Of a stretch of DNA of 45,906 bases, positions 23,201-35,651 are shown in pieces; the stretch's first letter is position 1; each line of letters opens with the position of its first letter. Under the pieces are notes generated by a model. It saw only the letters and a list, made by a program, of their open reading frames with translations. It was not told where the DNA came from and did not search any database. The stretch is taken from positions 34,018,782 to 34,064,687 of the forward strand of contig NC_057720.1 in the NCBI RefSeq assembly GCF_004010195.1. The letters run 5' to 3'. The stretch is from Chiloscyllium plagiosum (taxonomy: Eukaryota). Made by a program: the position numbers and the translations under genes.

Positions 23201-25017
23201 TTTCAGTGGTTGAAGCAAAAGTAGATTCAATGATAATGAATAGTTTAAACAGGGCACTGATTACATTGCAAAAAAAGGAATGCAAGGTTTGTTTTCTTTG
23301 AGCATGAATGGGCACCTGAAATCTGTTGTTTTCAATTCCATTACAGAGGAACTTAATTTGTCTCAATGCTTAGATGTACAGTTAATATCTCCAGATTTCC
23401 CAGCCCAAGCTCAGGATTCTGAAGATTGAGAAACTTTGGGAGTCACTGCAGAGTAATAGCAAGATAGATGTCAAGTCACTGATTTATTCAGTGCTCCTAG
23501 TTTTATGTTTCAGTGGCTTTAAAATTCCAGGCAAGTGTTGACCCCACAGGCAATAACAGTACAGGATTATTCCAAAATAGAAGTGGAGGTGGGAGGAAGC
23601 CCTTAAATAGTCATTAAGGCCAGGTTAGTTTTCCTATTTTTAGCTGTTTAATTATCTCAGCATTGCCCTGCCCATTCTGGGGGGCTAAAACTATACCTGT
23701 GTAAATCAATGAAGATTTGTGGTTTGTTTGCTTTTAAAGCACCTTTTTGAATTATAAAAAGAATCAGACTTGCACTACCTGTGACTTTTCATACTTATTC
23801 AAGGATTTTCATCTTCCCGAGAGGCTGGTGTATCTTTCAGCTATAACTCAACAGCATCACCAACTGTTATATCTTGGTAAAGAGTCAGTAGTTCATATCT
23901 ACTTGAATAAGGCTGGAAATTCCTGTTAGCCTAAAAGTAACTACTGACTTCAATTTTTCTTTTCGGATTTGGAAGGCTGAACAAAAGCACATTATTGTGA
24001 TCACTGTTCTATCCCCTATATCGTATTATTACACCATTCATACTCCTTCCCTGTTTAGGTCAAATGCTGAATAGAAAATATAATAGCAGGATTGGGAAGA
24101 GTAATTGGAATAAGCAACAATGTAGCATTAGTGAGAATGAGAGCTAAGTGAGTCGAGATTGAAAGAGGCATAATTGAGTTTTTGGACCTTCATGAAAATG
24201 CAACAAGAGTAGTGGACACGGTTATGTAATTTTAAGTATTTTGGAGGCCAGAATACAGTGCAAATGTTCAGGTAGTGTTTGCTTCTTGTTCATGAATTTG
24301 ATGAGAGAGGGACAACATACAACAATGATGGACTACCGTCATTATGTCAAGAGAGGAACCTGCTAGTGGAGCCATTTCCCAAAGCATTGCTATTTAACTA
24401 CGAGGTTTAATGACCGAATGCTCATTTTGACTATGTTGTTCTGCTTCATTTACCACTTCAAGGGGTGGAGAAGTGAGAAATTAAAATAGAGAGCAAAAGT
24501 AGTTTGAAAACTGAGGTGGCCACACCGAAAGATGACAAAGAGGATGAGAGAAAAGTAGGTGCGTATTTTAAAAAGACTCAGATAATTAACCCAGGATAGC
24601 GGAACCTCTTGGAGGGTCTTGGGTGTGTGTAGTATTACTGCCAAATAAATGTGCCAAATAAATAACATGGCAATTGTGACCTGTTTGATGACTCAAACAT
24701 TTTTTGGATTTCATCCCCTGCTCCAGGATCTGAGCACATACCACACGCCCACACTGGCACTCTAATGAAAGAAAAGTGCATTGAGACATGATGTTCAATT
24801 AACATCCTTTGTTTCAATGCTTGTAATGTTACAGTGTCACTGTTGAAAGATGGCTAAATGTTCTCTAGTTATCCAACTAATGCCTTACCTTTGACCAATA
24901 CCACAAGTTAAACAGATGAACCGATCATTCCCTCTTTGGCGTTGCTGGGATCCTGTATGCAGAATGGATGATGTTTGTTTCTAGTTCTAATGCCAATGAT
25001 AGTGTATTTTCTATCAC

Positions 25018-25342
25018 GGGGCAGCATGGTGGCTCAGTGGTTAGCACTGCTGCCTCATAGCACCAGGGTCCCAGGTTCAATTCCAGCCTCGGGTGACTGT
25101 CTGTGTGGAGTTTGCACATTCTCCCCATGTCTGCGTGGGTTTCCTCCGGTTGCTCCGGTTTCCTCCCACAGTCCAAAGATGTGCAGGTCAGGTGAATTGG
25201 CCATGCTAAGTTGCCCATAGTGTTCGGGGCATTAGTCTGAGGGAAATGGGTCTGGGTGGGTTACTCTTCAGAGGGTCGGTGTGGACTGGTTGGGCCGAAG
25301 GGCCTGTTTCCACACTGTAGGGAATCTAATCTAATCTAATCT
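25018..25342 (+). mobile_element. Full-length HE1-type V-SINE
   Basis: ggtggctcagtggttagcactgctgcctca (A box), ggttcaattcc (B box), V domain, CR1-derived 3' end gggccgaagggcctgtttcc and a (tctaa)n tail. Confidence 0.95.
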
Positions 25343-25944
25343 TAAATTTCACATTTCATTCATCCTCTTCCATTGTATTGAGCATTATATCAAGACTGAT
25401 TCATGCCTGCCATTCTGTCCTCCCTGTTTGTTGTGCATGGCACCAGTTCAGTATGAACCATTGTGAACCTAGTCTATCTCCATTTAATGTAAATCCACAT
25501 CTACAGCTGCCAAATGCAATTTCATTGACTTTTTAAACTTTGCCTCTGACCTTATCGGGCATTCATCCTTCCAATGTAATAGCTCATACTTCATGAGGAA
25601 TATATGATTTTAATTTAGGAAAAACATAGAACCTTTAGTTTTCTTTAATGGGAAGTAATGTATTCAGTGTTCAGCAATTAGCACGTGTAGAATTTCTATG
25701 GTTATTTATAATTGAAGAATGTGACCAATTTAATGAAGTCAGTTTCTTGGAGGTGTCATTGTGCTTGTATAACACATGCTGATGCAACTGTTAGATGGTG
25801 GAAGAAAATCCTAGTGTGTAAAATGCACCATGTAGAAAGTACTTATTATTGTTATGAGGTACTCAAGGCAATGCACGAGGTGCTAACCTTGAGTTGAAAC
25901 ACTGACACAGATCATCTGGTTTAAGGAGAGTCAAAGATCGGACA

Positions 25945-26986
25945 TACCCTGACAAATCAGCTATGGGCGACAGATATTGACAGATGAGTTATGGGATGAC
26001 ATACCCTGCCAGATGAGCTGTGGGATGACAGACCCTGACAGATGTGCTATGGGATGACTTACCCTGACAGATATGCTATGGGATGACAGACCCTGACAGA
26101 TGAGGTATCGGATGACATACCCTGACAGATGAGCTCTGGGATGACGTTCCCTGATAGATGCACTACGGGATGACAGACCCTGACAAATGTGCTATGGGAT
26201 CACTTACCCTGACAGATGAGCTATGGGATGGCTTACCCTGACAGATGAGCTATGGGATGACTTACCCTGACAGATGTGCTATGGGATGACAGACCTGACA
26301 GATGAGCTGTGGGATGACTTACGCTGACAGATGAGCTATGGGGTGACATACCCTGACAGATGAGCTACGGGATGATATACCCTGACAGATGTGCTATGGG
26401 GTGACAAACCTTGACAGATGAGCTATGGACTGACTCACCCTGACAGATGTGCTATGGGGTGACATATCCTGACAGATGAGCTATGGGATGACGTTCCCTG
26501 ACAGATGCACTATGGGATGACAGACCCTGACAGAAGTGCTATTGAGCGATATACCCTGATAGATGTGCTATGGGATGACTTACCCTGACAGATGTGCTAT
26601 GCGATGACGTTCCCTGACAGATGCACTATGGGATGACAGACCCTGACAGATATGCTATTGGGCAATATACCCTGACAGATGTGCTATGGGATGACTTACC
26701 CTGACAGATATGCTATTGGGCGATATACCCTGACAGATGCACTATGGGATGACAGACCCTGACAGATATGCTATTGGGCGATATACCCTGACAGATGTGC
26801 TATGGGATGACAGACCCTGACAGATATGCTATTGGGTGATATACCCTGACAGATGTGCTATGGGATGACGTACCCTGACAGATATGCTATTGGGTGATAT
26901 ACCCTGACAGATGTGCTATGGGATGACATACCCTGATGGATGAGGTATGGGATGACCTACTCTGACAGATGTGCTATGGGATGACT
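25945..26986. repeat. 29-bp minisatellite, about 36 copies
   Basis: Consensus CCCTGACAGATG(T/A)GCTATGGGATGAC(A/T)(T/G)A; successive ccctg starts are 29 nt apart (e.g. 26062, 26091). Confidence 0.97.
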
Positions 26987-28574
26987 ATGCAGTAATTGCC
27001 TAGAAGATTTAACCTTCCAATTGCATGATGAATTGAGTTGAAGACTTAGGGTTCCAACTTATTTACCTTCATAGCAAATCAGGAAGTGTTAGAGAGGAGA
27101 TTACAATCTACTGTAACCCCTGGATAAATATACTACTGACAGCTGACCATTGTCACTGACATTATGGCCTATCCTCCAACAACAGACATCTGACTTCCAA
27201 CTCCCTTCCCATACATCTCTTCTCCCAACACCCAACTGGTTCTTCCAAACTGATGAGCACTCAACAGCAAACTCACCGTCTCATCCAACCAGGCAGGTTA
27301 TGCTCCTGCCCACCTGGTACCCTACATCCTCACCTACATATCCTTGAGACTCTATTAATCACCCACTTCCCTAAAACCCTATTCCCTTATCCACACACCA
27401 GCCACTTGACCCTTTTACCCATTTGCTATCATAAATTGGACCTTTAAGCCCTGGAGTGTGAGAGTTACTGCTGTAAACAGTGGTGTAATTTGGCCTCCAG
27501 TGCTGGTCGTGGAAGTGCTGGAAGTCTCCCATATCATGTCTGTTCTATATTTCTCAAGAGGCTTATGCTGGGCATTCGGGTGTGAAATGCATTCAGGGGC
27601 AGGTTAGGTAAAAAGGATCAGATTGCCATGGATTGCCAATCCTCAAAAGATTTGTTCCCCTGTCATTGGTTACCTTCCATTGTATGGTTCTGCCAACTGC
27701 AGCTCTCCATGCAATGAAGTGCAGACATGATTAGATATTCAGAAAGTTGGAATCTATTTTATCCTGATAACAATTAGATCACTTGTGTAAAATCAGGTGT
27801 ATAATCAGTTATTTGCGTGTAATGAATTACAATGAGATAGGTAAAATTGTTGCTCACTAAAGTGCATGACCTCTCATAACCAGCTCTGTTCTGAGAATGC
27901 ATTGGACTAATATAGCCTCTCCCAGTAAAAGTGCATTTCCACACTGGAAAATGAGTCAGTTGATCTATCTGTGTTCACTGTGGCTTACAAGCATTCAGAA
28001 ACTTCACAGAACAGAGAGGCTAAAATCTTTGCTTCTGAGTCTATATATATTTCAGCCTTTCTAAAAAACAATCCAAATGCATTAAATCTTCAGAAGAATG
28101 GGCTGGACATTTGATTTCAGTTGGCTGAAAGTTGAGGAATGTGATTACTGATATTCGTAAGACAAATCATGAGGAAATCTCAGTGCAAACTCCATCATCC
28201 AATGTACACAGCTAACACTGGTAACTGAAAGATTGAGATTTGGGAATTGAATTTGGAAAGTAAATGAAATGGAAGCTTTTGACCAATCTGTTTAAAGCGA
28301 TTTGCCAGAAAAACAAGTGGCACCCGTGGGTCATAAGAGTCTAAAATGGGCAATAGCTTGAACATCTGTTTCAGGTTGCTGCATTAAGAAAGCACAGGAC
28401 TACCTCACAAAATTTCTTTCTCCATCAGAAATACTAAATGTTTGGATGGGAAGGAACCCATGTTTGGACTTTGCCTTTCCGAGGAATTATTTGTTTCCAC
28501 CTCCTCCGCAAAACTGTGAAATGGTCAATTAGCAGCAACTCAGATTCCATCATGTGTTAAAAGGTTTATTTAAC

Positions 28575-28712
28575 TTTTCCGTTGGACATGGGTGTTGCTG
28601 TCTGGCCCTAGTTTATTACCCATCCCTAGTTACCCTCAAGAAGATGGTGCCTTCTTCAACCATTGCAGTTCATGTGCCATTAGGGAGGGAATTCCAGGAT
28701 TTTGACCCAGCT
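28575..28712 (-). mobile_element. LINE-derived 3' tail fragment (L2/CR1-type tail shared with SINEs)
   Basis: Reverse complement reads gggtaactagggatgggtaataaactagggccagacagcaacacccatgtcc, similar to 41810-41920 and 35180-35240. Confidence 0.5.
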
Positions 28713-29754
28713 AAGCAGAACATTTGAAAATAATATGTGTGCAATGGACAAGCCAGCATACCAGGCTTATCTTAGATTTGTTTCTGTTTTGGCTAAAATC
28801 TATAATTAATCATGGTCAAAAGGATTCCTTTGATATGGTTCCAGTGATTGACATATGCTCTTCAGTTAACCCATCAGAGCATTCTTAGGATCTCAAGAGA
28901 GGAATGTGCTGAGTTAATAACTGACTAAGCAATCTATAGTAAGGGTCCATCTGGAAAAACTGATGTATAATGCAGATAAACCTTAATTAAGCTGTTCACT
29001 GGGAGGAAGCGAACTCCCTGCTCTGTTGCCTGGTTAATAGTAAATCTGCAGGTGTAGATAGTATTTATGATGAATTCATAAAGTGCGGTAGGAAAGTGAA
29101 GGAGAATCATCAGTGGCTTTGGAGAATAGTGCCAGAAAGCAAGTGTTCTGTGTTTAACTACCTTTCAGAGTCTGGCAAATAGAATTTCCCTTGTGGCTTC
29201 TGTACTTCTGACATTCTAGAGCAACGTGATGTCTGTTTACGTGCCAAAGAATCCTAGTGAAAGCAAAAACTACTGACTAGTTTCATGTTATCAGTAGCTA
29301 TTGAAAGGTTTAGTCAATGTGTTCTGGTTCATTTCAGATGATTTGGATGACCGTGAAGAAAGGTGGAGTGTGTGAATTTTATTCTTGTGATGAAATTAGA
29401 AGGCACTGCTGCATTATGTAGATTGTAGAACATAGAACAATACAGTGCATAACAGACCCTTCGACCCTCGATGTTACACTGACCTGTGAACTAATCTAAG
29501 CTTACCCCCTCTATACTATTCCATCATGATCCATGTGCTTATCCAAGGATTCTTTAAATCTCCCTAAAGTGGCTGAGTTAACTACATTGGCAGGCAGGGC
29601 ATTCCATGCCCTTACCACTCTCAGAGTAAAGAACCTGCCTCTGACATCTGTCTTAAATCTATCACCCCTCAATTTGTAGCTATGCCCCCTCGTACAAGCT
29701 GATGTCATCATCCCAAGAAAAAAACTTTCACTGTCTACCCTATCTAATCCTCTG

Positions 29755-29840
29755 ATGTTAAAAATTACACAAGACCAGGTTATAGTCCAACAGGTTTAAT
29801 TGGAAGCACGTTAGCTTTCGGAGCGCCGCTCCTTCATCAG
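29755..29840 (-). mobile_element. Penelope-type pLTR fragment of a second family inside the CR1
   Basis: Minus strand reads ctgatgaaggagcggcgctccgaaagctaacgtgcttccaattaaacctgttggactataacctgg; unrelated to the flanking CR1 sequence. Confidence 0.7.
29812..29840 (-). ncRNA. Minimal hammerhead ribozyme core, second family
   Basis: CTGATGA-a-GGAGC-ggc-GCTCC-GAAAG-CTA: perfect 5-bp helix II, palindromic AGCU helix III and an NUH triplet CUA. Confidence 0.72.
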
Positions 29841-29972
29841 TGGCAACTTTCAGGGATCTATGTACATGGACTCCAAGATCCCTCTGCACATCCACACTAC
29901 CAAAAATCTTTCCATTGACCCAGTATTCCGCCTTCCTGTTATTCTTCCCAAAGTGAATCACCTCATATTTAT

Positions 29973-30319
29973 TAGATTAGATTAGATTAGATTACTTACA
30001 GCATGGAAACAGGCCCTGCGGCCTAACAAGTCCACACCGACCCGCCGAAGCGCAACCCACCCAGACCCATTCCCCTACATTTACCCCTTCACTAACACTA
30101 CGGGCAATTTAGTATGCCCTACGGGCAATTTAGCATGGCCAATTCACCTAACCTGCACATTTTTGGACTGTGGAAGGAAACCGGAGCACCCGGAGGAAAC
30201 CCACGCAGACACGGGGAGATTGTGCAAACTCCACACAGTCAGTCGCCTGAGGTGGGTATTCAACCCAGGTCTCTGGAGCTGTGAGACAGCAGTGCTAAAC
30301 ACTCTGCCACCGTGCCACC
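29973..30319 (-). mobile_element. HE1-type V-SINE with 9-bp TSD, inserted in CR1
   Basis: (tagat)n tail, V domain and tRNA head. CATATTTAT is duplicated at 29964-29972 and 30320-30328. Internal duplication of about 21 bp at 30099-30140. Confidence 0.95.
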
Positions 30320-33300
30320 CATATTTATCTGCATTGAACTCCACTTGCCACCTCTCTGCCCATTCCTGCAGTTTATCCAATACCCCTTATAAAAGTGACA
30401 AACAGCAGTGGTCCCAAAACAGATTCTTGTGGCACACCACTAGTAACTGGACTCCAGGCTGAATATTTTCCATCAACCACCACTCGCTGCCTTCTTACAG
30501 AAAGCGAGTTTCTAATCCAAACTGCTAAATCACCCTCACACCCATGCCTCTGCATTTTCTCTGATACCTTACCTTGTGGAACCTTGTCAAAGGCTTTACT
30601 GAAGTCCATGTACAACACACCAACTGCCCTACTCTCATCCACATACTTGGTCACCTTCTCCAAAAACTCAGTGAGGTTCGTGAGACCTGACCTGCCCTTG
30701 TTGAAACCATGTTGACTATCTGCAATCAAGTTGTTGCTTGCTAGATGATTATAAATCTTATCTGTTATCATCCTTTCCAAAACTTTTTTGAAAACAGACG
30801 TAAGGCTCACTGGTCTATAATTACCTGAGTCATCTCTACTGTCCTTCTTGAACAAAGGCACATTTGCAATCCTCCAGTCCTCTGGTACTAAACCTGTAGA
30901 CAATGACGGCTCAAGGATCAAAGCCAAAGGCTCCAACACCACCTCCCTAGCTTCCCATAGACTCCTCGGATAAATCCCATTTGGCCCAGGGGACTTGTCT
31001 ACTTTCACTCCTTCTAGAATTGATAACACCTCTTCCTTACTAATCTTGATCCTTCCTAGTTTAATATCTCTTATCTCATTCTTCTCCTCTACAATATTCT
31101 CATTTTCCTGAGTGAAAACTGATGAGAAATATTCATTTAGCACCTTTCCACAGGGTCGACACACAACTTCCCACTTCTGTCTTTGACTGGCCCTTTTCCT
31201 ACTCTAGTCATCCTTTTATTTCTCACATACCTATCGCAAGTTTTATGGTTCTCCTTTATTCTATTTGCTAAAGACTGCTCATGTCCTCTCTTTGCTCTTC
31301 TTAACTCTCTATTTAAATCCTTCCTAGCTAATTTGTAACTCTCCATCGCCTCATCAGAACCATCTCATCTCATCATCACATAAGCCTCCTTCTTCCGCTT
31401 AACAAGAGGTGCAACTTCTGTAGTAAACCACCGTTCCCTTACTTATTACTTCCTCCCTGTCTGACAGGGACATATCAAGGACACGCAATAGCTGTTCCTT
31501 AACCAGCTCCACATTTCAATTGTCCCCATCCCCTGCATTTTGCTCTCCCATTCTATGCATCCTAAGTCTTGCCTAGTCGCATTATAATTGCCCTTGCCCC
31601 ATCGATAACTCTTGCCCTGTGGCATGTACCTATCCCTTTCTATCATAAACTAAATGTAACTGAATTATGGTCACTCTGTCCAAAGTGCTCACCTGCCACT
31701 AAATCAAACACCTGGCCTGGTTCATTATCATGCACCAGATCCAGAGTGGCCTCCCCTCTTGTCGGCCCTTCAATATACTGTGTCAGGAAACCCTCCTGCA
31801 CACATCGGACAAAAATTGATCCATTCAATGTGCTAGTTATAGCATTTCCAGTCAATGTTGAGGAAGTTATAGTCCTCCATAATGACCACCCTGTTTCCTT
31901 TCACTCTTACCCAGAATCGTTTTGCTGATCCTCTCCTCCACATCCTTGAAACTCTGCAGAGGCCTATAAAAACACTTGCAGCAGTATGACCTCTCCTCTC
32001 CTGTTTCTAACTTCAGCCATATTACCTCAGTAGACGAGTCCTCATCAAACGTTCTTTCAGCCACTGTTATACTGTCCTTGACTAACAAGGCCACACCTCC
32101 CCCTGTTTTATCGCCTTCCCTGTGCTAATGAAAGATCTAAATCCTGGAACCTGCAACATCCATTCCTGACCCTGCTGTAAACATGTCTCCAAAATGGTCA
32201 CAACATCAAAGTCCCAGGTTCCTATCCATGCTGCAAGCTCACCTACCTTATTTTGGATACTTCTGGCGTTGAAGTAGACACACTTCAAACCAGCTTGCTG
32301 TCTGCCAGCACAAGCCTGTGACCGTGAAATCCTGTCCATGTCCTCCCTACTCTCATCCTCCTGTGCACTGGAATTACACCTCAGGTTCCCATCCCCCTGC
32401 TGAACTAGTTTAAATCCACCCAAATGGTACCAGCAAATTTCCCACCCAGGATATTCGTACCCCTTTGGTTCAAGTGAAGACCGTCCTGTTTGTAGAGGTC
32501 CCAAGTTACCCAGAATGAGCCCCAGTTATCCAAGTATCTGAAATCCTCCCTCCTGCACCATCCATGCAGCCACGTGTTCAGCTGATATCTCTCCCTATTC
32601 CTTGCCTCGCTTTTACATGGCACGGGTAACAATCCAGAGATAACAACTCTGTTTGTTTTAGCCCTCAGCTTCCACCCTAGCTCCCTGAAATCCTGCCTTA
32701 CATCCCTATCCCTCTTTCTACCTATGTTGGTATTAAATGATTGGGGAAGTCAGTTTGCATTACTTTCATTGAGGGTTTTTTGTAAGGTTTTGAAACCAAT
32801 AGTTTGCGGCTTTGATGATTAGCTGCAAGATATAGGACTATGTGGTCAACTTTTGGATTTTGTCCAGGATGTGCATTCCAGTACCTGGATCAGTGTAGGA
32901 TCAGCTAGACTTGTTCATATTTCCTTTTAACTTCTGAGTTCCATTTCCATCACCACACTATAATTCTGTGTTCCTCAGAGCTATATTTTGCATTATTAGT
33001 CCGTGGTTTATTTCATTTTTAATTTTCTATCCAGTTTTATCTATTTATCATTGCAACTCTTTCTATTGAAGAATCCACATTGTATTTTTTATAATACCAT
33101 CTCAGATTTGAGGACGCAATGCTGATCACTTTTCTAGTTAGTTCATTAGAGCCAATTCCTGCTTCATTCACTTTACCTTCAATCACGTTAGCTTTAAATC
33201 TTCAATACTGTTTTCTATTTTCTTTGACTTAGAAAAAGACTTATTTCGCAAACAGACTTGGATGCATTCTAAAAAAAAGTGTTCTTCATTTTGACCAATT

Positions 33301-33629
33301 TGCGATGTTTTGACCGATTCCATGAAAGATTATTTTTAAGTTGTGTTTTAAATTCAAAGTGAGTTTGTGTAAGTTTAAAAGTATTTTGATGGCCAGTGCT
33401 GAAGTGTATGAGTCAAAACAAAAGCTGTATAACATAGAAATTCATTTACAGTAAATTACCAGTTCAAACTGGACTCATGGTATAACAGTAGGTTCGGAGT
33501 TTAGAGGAATGGGAAGGAATCTCATTGAAACCTTGAGATGCTCCAGGGATTATGTTTCGCCTGACAAGGGATACAGAATAAAGGGTTACAGTTTCGAGGT
33601 ACAGGTGGTGCCAGAGAAAAAGGGTAAGA

Positions 33630-34630
33630 TTCTTAATAAATATTTTGCATCTGTATTCACAAAGGAGAAGGACATGATGGATGCTGAGTCTAGAGAATGG
33701 TATGTTGATTTTCTGGTGCATGTTGATGTAAAATAGGTGTTGGGTATTTTGAAAAGCACTAACGTAGTAAAGTCCTCAGGTCTTGATGGGATCTATTCCA
33801 GAATACTGAGAGATATGAGGAAGGAATTTGTCGGAGCCTTGTACGAAATGTGGAGAACTGTGACCAGTGGTGTTCCACAGGGATCAGTGTTGGGATCCCT
33901 GTTGTTTGTAATATATATAAATGATTTGGAGGAGAATGTGGATGGTCTGATCAGGAAGTTTGCAAACAACATAGAAATCGTGGGAGCTGCGGATGGTGAG
34001 AAGGATTGCCAGAGGATACTGCAGGAAATAGATAAGGTGGAGACTTGGGCAGGAAAATGTCAGATGTAATTTAATCTGGAAAAAATGTGAGGTGATAAAA
34101 ATTGACAAGTCATCTTGCAGCTGTGTAGAACTTGAGTTAGGCCATATTTGGAATATTGCGCACAGTCTAGGTTCCACATTGCCAGAAAAATGTGAATGCT
34201 TTGGAGAGGGTACAGAAAAGGTTGACCAGGATGTTGCCTTGGACGGTGTTAGCCATGGGAAGAGATTGGACAAACTTGATTTGTTTTCACTTAAATATGG
34301 AAGCTGAGGGGCAACCCCATAGAAGCTTACAAAATTATGAGAGGCTTGATGAAACAAAAGGCCCGTTCCTGTGCTGTACTGTCTTTGTTCTTCAATATGC
34401 AATATGAGATGAGAAGTTTTGTTACTCAGAGGGTGGCAAACCTGCCACAGAACACTGTAGAGATGAAGTCACTGAATTTATTTAAGAAAGAAATATAGAT
34501 TCTAGATGCTAAAAATGTCATGCATTATGGAGGGAGAGCAAGAGTATGGTGTTGAGTTATGATAGTGTTGAATGGTGGGGCAGCTTGATGAGCTGAATGG
34601 TCTACACCTGTTGCTGTTACCTATGTTTCT
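33630..34630 (+). mobile_element. Multiply deleted CR1 fragments
   Basis: ILNKYFASVFTKE, KSSGLDGIY and VTSGVPQGSVLGSLLF..YINDL juxtaposed with large gaps, followed by 3'-end-like sequence. Confidence 0.8.
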
Positions 34631-34771
34631 AACTGTCCAGTGAAGGGTTTTGATATTTAAACAATTGTGTTGGTGGCAGTGACTCTTGGGTAAGTCATTA
34701 AAGGGTTGCAATCAAAACAGATGTTGACGAGGAAAAGAGAGAATGAGTGAAGAAGGGGTGAATGAATGTGT

Positions 34772-34858
34772 GTCGAGAGTGTGGCACTGGAAAAGCATAG
34801 CAGGTCAGGCAGCATCCGAGGAACAGGAGAATCGAAGTTTCGGGCATCATCAGGAATG
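34772..34858 (-). mobile_element. Penelope pLTR fragment with partly deleted hammerhead
   Basis: ggaaaagcatagcaggtcaggcagcatccgaggaacaggagaatcg; minus strand CTGATGA-TGCCC-GAAAC lacks the 5' side of helix II. Confidence 0.8.
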
Positions 34859-35179
34859 TTCAACTGGGATGGGGCCAATCTGCATGTTGAGATGATGGGT
34901 TGAGGTGACAGTCAGATAGGTAGATGTAATGGTGACGAGCAACACAATCTACATGGTTAATACTTGAGTCTGGAGGAGAACTTTCTTTCCTGAATGAAGG
35001 TGGCTCAGCAATTTATGCCCAGTTAGATGCCCCATCCTAATATGGCTGTTATTAACCCAGTAGCAGGCACATGTGGGTTATTTATACACACTTGAGGGCC
35101 CTCATTCGAAGGCACTGGCACACAGGAACAGTTTTTTTTCTCACATATTCTGATTTCCTTGAGACTCAATATTTTAAAA

Positions 35180-35385
35180 AAATTCATTCACGGGTTGTGG
35201 GCATCACTGGCTAGGCCAGCATTTACTACCAGTCCTTAATAACTCAGAGAGCAGTTGAGTCAACAGTATGGAATTCAGACGAGGATATTGATGGCAATTT
35301 TCTTTCCTAAAGGACATTAGCGAACCAGATGGGTTTTCCAGCCATCGACAATAATTTATGGGACTCTTAATTCCAGGTTTTTTTT
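35180..35385 (-). mobile_element. Deu-domain-like SINE fragment
   Basis: Reverse complement reads aaacccatctggttcgctaatgtcctttaggaaagaaaattgcc, followed by aaatgctggcctagccagtgatgcccaca. Confidence 0.55.
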
Positions 35386-35651
35386 TCATTAAATTCATGA
35401 GAGCATAATAGAGACTCAGGAAATCAAGGTTTTGAGCTTTTAAGTCTGTACTTTCAACCACCTGCCCAATCCTGAAGGGGTTTGCACACTGGTCGAAATC
35501 TGTTAACCAAATAGTTCTGTGGGAGCCAATTCAGGACCTCAAACAGGGGTCAGCAGGCTCATTGTCCTGTTAACACTGACAAAGAGATTGCCAATATGTT
35601 AGAAGAGATCAGCTGTCTGTCTCTGATGCAACACCTCTTTTAACGTGCGAA

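Larger units (their letters stand above)
29426..32732 (-). mobile_element. Long CR1 LINE retaining ORF1 esterase C-terminus, APE endonuclease and RT (decayed)
   Basis: SGNH-esterase block LLPVP...LNTWLHGWCRRE...DGLHLNQRG; endonuclease LKCVYFNARSI...ET, FYRP, DHNSV; RT KSPGPNG, GNYRPVSLTSV, QHGF, DFSKAFDK, GVPQ; tail tattgttctatgttcta. Interrupted at 29755-29840 and 29973-30319. Confidence 0.94.

Noticed and set aside
25018..25095. tRNA gene (also at 42140, 39771, 21253)
   Set aside because: The A/B boxes continue into SINE body or other repeat sequence, and no complete cloverleaf is evident. These are SINE heads.
25945..26986. CRISPR-like array of 29-bp repeats
   Set aside because: Units are contiguous with no unique spacers, there are no cas genes, and the context is a vertebrate intron. 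It is a minisatellite.
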